Of a stretch of DNA of 64,000 bases, positions 57,846 through 64,000 are shown piece after piece. The stretch is from positions 69,039 through 133,038 of the forward strand of contig JBDRNC010000037.1 of the NCBI GenBank assembly GCA_043811535.1, written 5' to 3'. The notes beneath the pieces were generated by a model that made no database searches, had not been told where the DNA came from, and saw nothing but the letters and a program-made list of their open reading frames with translations. Source of the stretch: Elusimicrobiota bacterium. Its GTDB lineage: Bacteria > Elusimicrobiota > Endomicrobiia > Endomicrobiales > JBDRNC01. A program made the translations under genes and the position numbers. Position 1 is the stretch's first letter. Every line of letters starts with the position of its first letter.

Positions 57846-58439
57846 TTGAAGAAAATATTTTTATATCTGATAATATGCGTGGTTTCATGCGGTGTTGCCC
57901 GGGCCCAGGACAAATCCAGAGCGAAAGACGCGTTTTCGGTGATACACTCAAGGAAAAGCGTGAGGAATTTCACGGGCGCCGCGGTGGCGAAATCAGATAT
58001 TGAGAAAATAATAAGGGCCGGCATGGCGGCGCCGACCGCGGTGAATAAACAGCCGTGGTCATTCATCGTTATCAGCGACAGGAAAAAACTGGATGAATTG
58101 GCTGCCGGACTTCCTTATGCCAAGATGCTGGGAAAAGCGGGCGCGGCGATCATTGTCTGCGCGGAACCCCAAAAGGCCGCCGGAGAAAGCAAAGAATACG
58201 CGGTCATAGACGCTTCTCTGGCGAGCGAAAACATACTTCTGGCAGTAGAGGCTCTGGGCCTCGGCGCCGTGTGGACGGCCGCGTACCCCGACGAGGATAG
58301 GATGAATCACGTGCGGGCTCTCCTGAATATTCCGAAGCATATCATACCCCTCAACGTCATACCCATAGGCGTTCCCACCGGAGATGACAAACCGAAAGAC
58401 AAGTACAAACCTGAAAAGATCCACTGGGAAAAATGGTGA
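57846..58439 (+). CDS. Nitroreductase family protein with N-terminal signal-like segment
   Basis: IHSRKSVRNF, APTAVNKQPW, ALGLGAVW; GGAGG before the TTG start. Confidence 0.9.
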   Translation: MKKIFLYLIICVVSCGVARAQDKSRAKDAFSVIHSRKSVRNFTGAAVAKSDIEKIIRAGMAAPTAVNKQPWSFIVISDRKKLDELAAGLPYAKMLGKAGAAIIVCAEPQKAAGESKEYAVIDASLASENILLAVEALGLGAVWTAAYPDEDRMNHVRALLNIPKHIIPLNVIPIGVPTGDDKPKDKYKPEKIHWEKW

Positions 58440-58450
58440 CAGGGCGATAA

Positions 58451-59488
58451 ATGAAATCTTCGCAGCGGGAATTTGATTTAAAGGAAGATACGGCCCCGTC
58501 ATCGCCGACGCACGAAAAAATGAGGGAGATTTATTCTGCCGCTCGGGGCCTTTGGCGCAGGATGAACAAAAGGCGCCTGCTGGCGGTTGTTGGGACAGCG
58601 CTTCTTGGGATAGGCTTATTAATCCTGCCGAGGTTCATAAACAGGCCAGTTGAGCGCAAAAACGCCGCCGCGCAGCTGCAGTACACGCCGGCCGGCCTAA
58701 TAAATGATCTTGAAACACGCCTTGCCTACCTTCAGTCGCGCACTTCCGTAGTGAGTTTTTACATACATACCATAAAAAGCAGGGAAAACCTCTGGAAACT
58801 GGCGACAAAGCGCCACTACTCCGTGCACAGCATAATAGGATGCAACCCCCAGTTTGAAACCTACGAGGTGGATATCAAGCAGAGAATAATCATTCCGTCA
58901 AAACCCGGCACGCTGCATGTTGTCCAGCCGGGCGACAATTGGGACAAGATAGCCAAGCGGTACAAGACAAACGTCAACGAACTCATAAAATACAATCCCT
59001 GGGCGGGAAGCCCTGCGAAAGGCGATATGGTTTTTATTCCTGACAGGCGTCCCGATATGGATTTGATGAACGACAAGATGCGAGAGAAATACGAGCTTCG
59101 CGCGCTTTTCGTCTCGCCCCTCGGGGGACGGCTCACCAGCGTATTCGGCATGAGAAGGCATCCTGTAACGGGCCAGCGCAGCATGCATGGCGGCATTGAC
59201 ATAGCCGTCAGGGAAGGAACCTGGGTAGGCGCCGCGGCTGACGGAGTCGTGACGCTCGCGAGCGGCGGCGTGGGCCACTACGGGAAGGCCGTGTTTATAG
59301 AACATGAGAACGGGTATATAACACATTACGGGCATCTTTCAAGCATAAGAGTCCGTGTCGGTCAGAAAGTCAAGGCCCGCCAGTTGATAGCCAAAAGCGG
59401 TTCCACGGGGCGTTCCACGGGGCCGCACCTGCATTTTACCATTAAGAAAAACGGCGCCAACAAAGACCCCCTGAAGTTTATCTGGTGA
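58451..59488 (+). CDS. LysM-containing M23 peptidase
   Basis: TM helix, two LysM-like repeats, HGGIDI, YGHLS, STGPHLHF. Confidence 0.92.
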   Translation: MKSSQREFDLKEDTAPSSPTHEKMREIYSAARGLWRRMNKRRLLAVVGTALLGIGLLILPRFINRPVERKNAAAQLQYTPAGLINDLETRLAYLQSRTSVVSFYIHTIKSRENLWKLATKRHYSVHSIIGCNPQFETYEVDIKQRIIIPSKPGTLHVVQPGDNWDKIAKRYKTNVNELIKYNPWAGSPAKGDMVFIPDRRPDMDLMNDKMREKYELRALFVSPLGGRLTSVFGMRRHPVTGQRSMHGGIDIAVREGTWVGAAADGVVTLASGGVGHYGKAVFIEHENGYITHYGHLSSIRVRVGQKVKARQLIAKSGSTGRSTGPHLHFTIKKNGANKDPLKFIW

Positions 59489-59729
59489 CCCAGATTCCAC
59501 CTTATTACATCCGAAAATTATGAATCTGGGACATCCCGAAGTCTTGATTTCTCTTAGTTGTATCAAGAGAAATCATTCGGGATAAGACATATTATGTTCA
59601 TTCGAGTGCGCAATACCCGAAGTCCGCCGCGGCGGACGGAGCGAGATAGAGCCGGCAAGAACTTAAAAAAGTTCTCTAAAATTGGTATAATTACTAAAAT
59701 TAACCTTATCCTTAATAAAGGAGCACAGT

Positions 59730-61403
59730 ATGTCAGCAAAAGAACAGATTACAGAACTTCAGGTGGAGCGGGCGAAATTCAAGCCGGCGCTGCCCGCGAT
59801 ATTCGGACGCGGACCGTCAGGCGTTGTCCCGAAGACAGGGAAAGCCACGAAAAGCATAGCCGACCAGGAAACGGTCCGCAAACTTTTCCCGAATACTTAC
59901 GGAATGCCCGCAGTGACGTTCGCGAAAGGAAAAAACACGTCCGCCGCGAAGAAAACCGTGAAAGTGGCGGTTGTGCTTTCGGGCGGCCAGGCTCCCGGAG
60001 GGCATAACGTCATAGCGGGGATATTCGACGGCCTCAAAAAAGCCAATCCTAAAAATAAGCTGATAGGATTCCTGATGGGGCCTTTGGGAATACTTGAGAA
60101 CAAATGGAAGGAGATTACCGCTCCGTTAATGAACGAATACAGGAACACGGGCGGTTTTGACATGATACAGTCGGGTAGGACGAAGATAGAGACGCCCGAG
60201 CAGTTCGAGCAGACAAAGAAGACGCTAATTGACAACGGTATCGACGCGCTTGTAGTCATCGGCGGCGACGATTCAAATACGAACGCGGCGCTTTTAGCGG
60301 AATATTTCAAAAAAGAAGGGCTCAATATCAGCGTTATCGGCGTTCCGAAGACCATTGACGGGGACCTCAAGAACGAGCAGATAGAGGCCTCGTTCGGGTT
60401 CGATACCGCGACAAAGATATACGCGGAGCTTGTAGGGAATACCTGCCGCGACGTCAACTCGGGGCGCAAATACTGGCATTTCATACGCCTGATGGGCAGG
60501 AGCGCGTCGCACATAACCCTTGAAGTGGGTTTCAAGACGCAGCCAAATATAGTCCTGGTAGGCGAGGAAGTTTTGGCTAAAAAAATGACGCTTTCGCAGG
60601 TGGTAGACCAGATATCGGAAGTAGTCGCGAAACGAATGGAAGCCAAGAAATATTTCGGCGTGGTGCTGGTGCCGGAAGGGCTTATTGAGTTCATACCGGA
60701 AATGAAGGAGCTGATAGTCGCGCTTAACGACGTCCTCGAGGACAACGAATCCTCGCTCAATGAGATGGGAAGCATTGAAGACAAGAAAAACTTCGTATGC
60801 GGAAAGCTTGACCGTCATCTTGCGGACCTCATGAGGTCGCTGCCCGCGGGGATATCTTCCCAGCTGATGCTTGACCGCGACCCTCACGGCAACGTCCAGG
60901 TGTCGCAGATAGAAACGGAAAAACTGCTTATAGAAATGGTCAAAAAAAGACTTATCGAGCTCGCGAAGGCCGGGACGTTCAAGAACAAGTTTTCGGCAGT
61001 CACGCATTTCTTCGGATACGAAGGGCGCTGCGGAGCGCCTTCCAATTTTGACGCGAATTACTGCTACGCGCTGGGCTACAACGCCGCCGCGCTTGCGATG
61101 AACGGGCTCACCGGATACATTTCATCCGTGAGGAAACTCGTAAAGAAGCCGGCCGAGTGGGAATGCGGCGGGATACCTTTGACGATGATGATGAATATTG
61201 AAAGGCGCAAGGGGAAGGAAAAGCCGGTGATACAGAAAGCGCTGGTGAAACTTGACGGCGCCCCGTTCAAGGCATTTGCTAAAATGAGGGAACAATGGGC
61301 GCTTACGGAGAGCTATCTGTTCCCCGGGCCCATACAGTATTTCGGCCCTTCTTCAGTGGCAGACCTGACGACAAAAACGCTTAAGTACGAACAGAAGAAA
61401 TAA
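59730..61403 (+). CDS. pfp: Pyrophosphate-dependent phosphofructokinase (long clade)
   Basis: GGQAPGGHN, GGDDSNTN, PKTIDGD, MGRSASH. Confidence 0.95.
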   Translation: MSAKEQITELQVERAKFKPALPAIFGRGPSGVVPKTGKATKSIADQETVRKLFPNTYGMPAVTFAKGKNTSAAKKTVKVAVVLSGGQAPGGHNVIAGIFDGLKKANPKNKLIGFLMGPLGILENKWKEITAPLMNEYRNTGGFDMIQSGRTKIETPEQFEQTKKTLIDNGIDALVVIGGDDSNTNAALLAEYFKKEGLNISVIGVPKTIDGDLKNEQIEASFGFDTATKIYAELVGNTCRDVNSGRKYWHFIRLMGRSASHITLEVGFKTQPNIVLVGEEVLAKKMTLSQVVDQISEVVAKRMEAKKYFGVVLVPEGLIEFIPEMKELIVALNDVLEDNESSLNEMGSIEDKKNFVCGKLDRHLADLMRSLPAGISSQLMLDRDPHGNVQVSQIETEKLLIEMVKKRLIELAKAGTFKNKFSAVTHFFGYEGRCGAPSNFDANYCYALGYNAAALAMNGLTGYISSVRKLVKKPAEWECGGIPLTMMMNIERRKGKEKPVIQKALVKLDGAPFKAFAKMREQWALTESYLFPGPIQYFGPSSVADLTTKTLKYEQKK

Positions 61404-61553
61404 CGAAGATTACACGGATTATAAAAACGATTACAAAGATTAGAACGAAGATTCCACAGATTGCCGTTCGCGGCTATTTGTGGAATCTTTTTGTTATCAG
61501 TATAATCGTCTTTTATAATCTGTATAATCGTTGTTTAAATCTGCGTAATCTTT

Positions 61554-63830
61554 TCATTTATCTTCAAAGAAGCTCTCGGCTGAAAGCAGGTGCTCGGCCT
61601 TCTTAAATACCGGGTCTTTCTGGAAATACTTCCTGAGCGCCCCGTCGTTGAGGTAATTGTCCAGCGCCATCAGTATCATGCCCTGGTCAAGCGCGAGGTA
61701 TTTGTAAGCGACCCTGTCCGACTTGTGGTCAAGCGCGTCGTAAAAACCGTACTCGCCGTATATATCCCAATTCCCAAGCATCTTCCGCAGGTTCTCTATG
61801 GCTTCTTTCGGCGCGATTTCAAGCGCGAGGAAAGTGGCGTGAGGTGTTATGATCCCGGAGCCGTATCCCTTTGCGCCGAGCGGTTTTACGCCGAACTCTC
61901 CGTAGCCGCCGTCGGGATTTGACGACGGGCTCATTCCCCACACGGGATACTGGAGATACTTGAGCGTGTATTCAACGGCGGCCCTGACGTGTGTTTCATC
62001 GTTTAGCCCCAGCCCTTTCGGCGCGAATTTCCGCTCATCGATGAGCAGGTACGGCATGAGCGCTTCAAACATTGAGCCGCCCCATGACGGCACGAATTTT
62101 GAGTCATTATATTCGTACCAGCCGCCCCAATAATAGATATTCTTATATTTTTTTTCTTTCCTGCCTTTCGGTTTCTGCGTAGTCCAGTTATAGCTTTCAG
62201 GGAATGTTCTTGTCATTCTGAACCAGTGTTCCTCTTCCACGTCGCCACGTCCTATCGCGATGAAACTTGTAAGGCGGGGCTCGGTGTAGAATATACCGTA
62301 GTGGTAGTCGGAGTAATCATTGATATTCTCTATGAAACCGTGATACATGTGTCCTTCCGTGTTGTCGTAAAAATAACCGAAATCCCATTTTGAGAGCAAT
62401 TCATCGCAGAGCGTTCCGGTTTCTTTCGGGAACGCGTTCTTGACTACGTAAATTCCCGCCGCCAGCCAGCCCGAATCAACGAAAGAAACCAGGTAATCCG
62501 TCTGTTCAAGCCACGTGGTGTCGTAGTAATTATAGAGGAATCCGGACGGGGATGCCTTCATTTTACGTATAGTGTTAAGCGTCAGCTGCAGCCGTTCCAG
62601 CGCGCCTTCCCTGTCGATAAAACCGAGGTCATACGCGGAAACCACGCAGCATAGGTAGACGCCGATATTCGTTATGTTCGTGTAATCGGCGATCCTTGTA
62701 TCGGGCCCGAGCGGGTCTTTTTTGTCCAGTATAAGCGTGTCAATGGGGATTCCGTACTCCTTGTCAATCATGTTGTCAAAGAAGGCCCAGGTATCCTTTG
62801 CTATCGTTTTAAGAAACTCCCTGTCGTTTCCGGGGAATCGTTTCTTTACGACTGTTTTAGAAGGAAATCCCCCAAGACGGTTGAGCAGGAAGCGCATGAA
62901 GTTTTCGCTGTCAAGAAAACAAAGCTTTCCCTGATCATTCAAATGCATCCAGTATTCCGTCTCGCCGTCAGTAAGCAGCAGTCTTGAGCCCGGCTGGGCC
63001 TTCAGGTATTGCTCGGCTTTGGAGACACTATCCAGCGGGGCGGGGAATTCCTCGTATTCGTCTTTTTTCCCGGAAACCGGAAGCATGAATTTCCGCGTGA
63101 AAGAAGGATTTTCGAATATTATGCAGGCCTTGTCTTTTTCGGTCCTGGCGGGAGTGTCGAAAACCGTGGGATACTCCTCGCCGGTTTTCACGAAACGGAT
63201 ATTGTCAAAATATAACGTACCCTTTTTCGATGAAACCGCGCGTTTATTAAACACGATGACCAGTTCGTCCAGGTTTTTCAGCGCTTTTGACGGATCTTTC
63301 CATATGGACTGGTCCGATTTGTCGAATAATCCCGTGAATGAATACAAAGGAAGGCTAATTTTTTGCCATTTGTCGTTTACGTTCCGGATAGTTTTGGTGC
63401 CGGTCAGCTTTTCGTTTTTTTCGCTGCCGGGCTTCGGTTTCTTGAGCTCGATCTTTAAAGTAGTGGTGAAACCGTCATTTTTATCGCCTTTGACGAAAAA
63501 TTCAAGCAGGTCGTAGTCGCTGGCGTCAAAACCGTTAAGTTTCGTCCAGTAGCCCGTGATGGCCTCTTCTTTCGAGTCAACGATATAACTCAGCTTGAGC
63601 GATTTTGTGGAGTCCCCGGGACCTCCCTTTACAGGAACGATCTCGGCTATTGTGTTGGTTTTCTTGGTGGTGGGATCTATTGACCAGGGCCCGCTTACCC
63701 CTCCGAGGCTGTTAAGTTTTTTATTCTCAAAATCATCGATTAGGGTTGTCTTAAGCGGATCATCCGATGCGGATGCGGACGCGGAAAACAGCATGATTGC
63801 CGCCAGAATAACGATGGTTCTATTGAACAT
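61554..63830 (-). CDS. Secreted glycoamylase-type enzyme (GH144/GH189-like, beta-1,2-glucan-related) with N-terminal CBM-like domain
   Basis: Signal peptide from ATG 63830; TWAFF, TNIG, VDSGWL, EPRLTS, SWGGSMFEALMP, WGMS, YGFYDA, LDQGM. Confidence 0.85.
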   Translation of the reverse strand: MFNRTIVILAAIMLFSASASASDDPLKTTLIDDFENKKLNSLGGVSGPWSIDPTTKKTNTIAEIVPVKGGPGDSTKSLKLSYIVDSKEEAITGYWTKLNGFDASDYDLLEFFVKGDKNDGFTTTLKIELKKPKPGSEKNEKLTGTKTIRNVNDKWQKISLPLYSFTGLFDKSDQSIWKDPSKALKNLDELVIVFNKRAVSSKKGTLYFDNIRFVKTGEEYPTVFDTPARTEKDKACIIFENPSFTRKFMLPVSGKKDEYEEFPAPLDSVSKAEQYLKAQPGSRLLLTDGETEYWMHLNDQGKLCFLDSENFMRFLLNRLGGFPSKTVVKKRFPGNDREFLKTIAKDTWAFFDNMIDKEYGIPIDTLILDKKDPLGPDTRIADYTNITNIGVYLCCVVSAYDLGFIDREGALERLQLTLNTIRKMKASPSGFLYNYYDTTWLEQTDYLVSFVDSGWLAAGIYVVKNAFPKETGTLCDELLSKWDFGYFYDNTEGHMYHGFIENINDYSDYHYGIFYTEPRLTSFIAIGRGDVEEEHWFRMTRTFPESYNWTTQKPKGRKEKKYKNIYYWGGWYEYNDSKFVPSWGGSMFEALMPYLLIDERKFAPKGLGLNDETHVRAAVEYTLKYLQYPVWGMSPSSNPDGGYGEFGVKPLGAKGYGSGIITPHATFLALEIAPKEAIENLRKMLGNWDIYGEYGFYDALDHKSDRVAYKYLALDQGMILMALDNYLNDGALRKYFQKDPVFKKAEHLLSAESFFEDK

Positions 63831-64000
63831 GTTTTCTCCGTGAAAGCCGCGGGGATTAAGAAGGGTAATGTCAAGATTTGTGTGTAATTTGTTTAAGGGG
63901 TTTATTCTCCCAAAGTTTATTCTGTCTGTAAAATATGGCGAAGATGATACGCTGAACACTGTCCTGATTACTGAAACAGCTGATAGTTCTGGTACGGCGC

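Noticed and set aside
63831..63959. N-terminal extension of the last ORF
   Set aside because: The signal peptide and GGAGA site indicate a start at 63830.
43558..64000. Genomic island integrated at tRNA-Gln
   Set aside because: No integrase, no repeat of the tRNA 3' end noticed, and core genes (typA, pfp) follow.

Overview
A 64-kb stretch of bacterial chromosome. Gene order, very large pilins and FecR/LysM proteins suggest Elusimicrobiota, but that is inference only. (1) 1-20 kb is housekeeping: folP-cdaA-[29-aa CdaR-like peptide]-glmM-pdxJ-glmS-acpS-nnrD, an M20 hydrolase, thiL-tsaE-tsaB, an lsrF-like aldolase with a Zn dehydrogenase, and on the minus strand tmk-holB-ricT-metG-tatD-radical SAM-3D/G5 protein. 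(2) 20-36 kb is an envelope and signalling block: three type IV minor pilins led by an 851-aa pilin-adhesin, a membrane spermidine-synthase-like/TPR protein, an apparently inactive GH57-like protein, REC-REC and REC-GGDEF regulators, a LysM-FecR-Ig membrane protein, a Cache/HAMP/PAS kinase and an M23 peptidase. (3) 36-44 kb holds cvpA, an XRE cassette, hisG, a carbamoyltransferase/DUF5989/SxtJ module, gltX, DUF1844 and tRNA-Gln(CTG). (4) 44-64 kb holds four secreted glycoside hydrolases, two with a shared LacI-type operator, mixed with a cold-shock gene, typA, a complete IS5/IS1182-like element, GIY-YIG, TPR, a CsgG-like lipoprotein, a nitroreductase, a LysM-M23 peptidase and PPi-PFK. Many intergenic gaps contain degenerate 7-9-nt tandem repeats that often start inside a gene's last codons, and gltX and typA are followed by a second copy of their own 3' end. 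No CRISPR array, rRNA or prophage was seen. All product calls come from motif recognition by eye; no searches were run.
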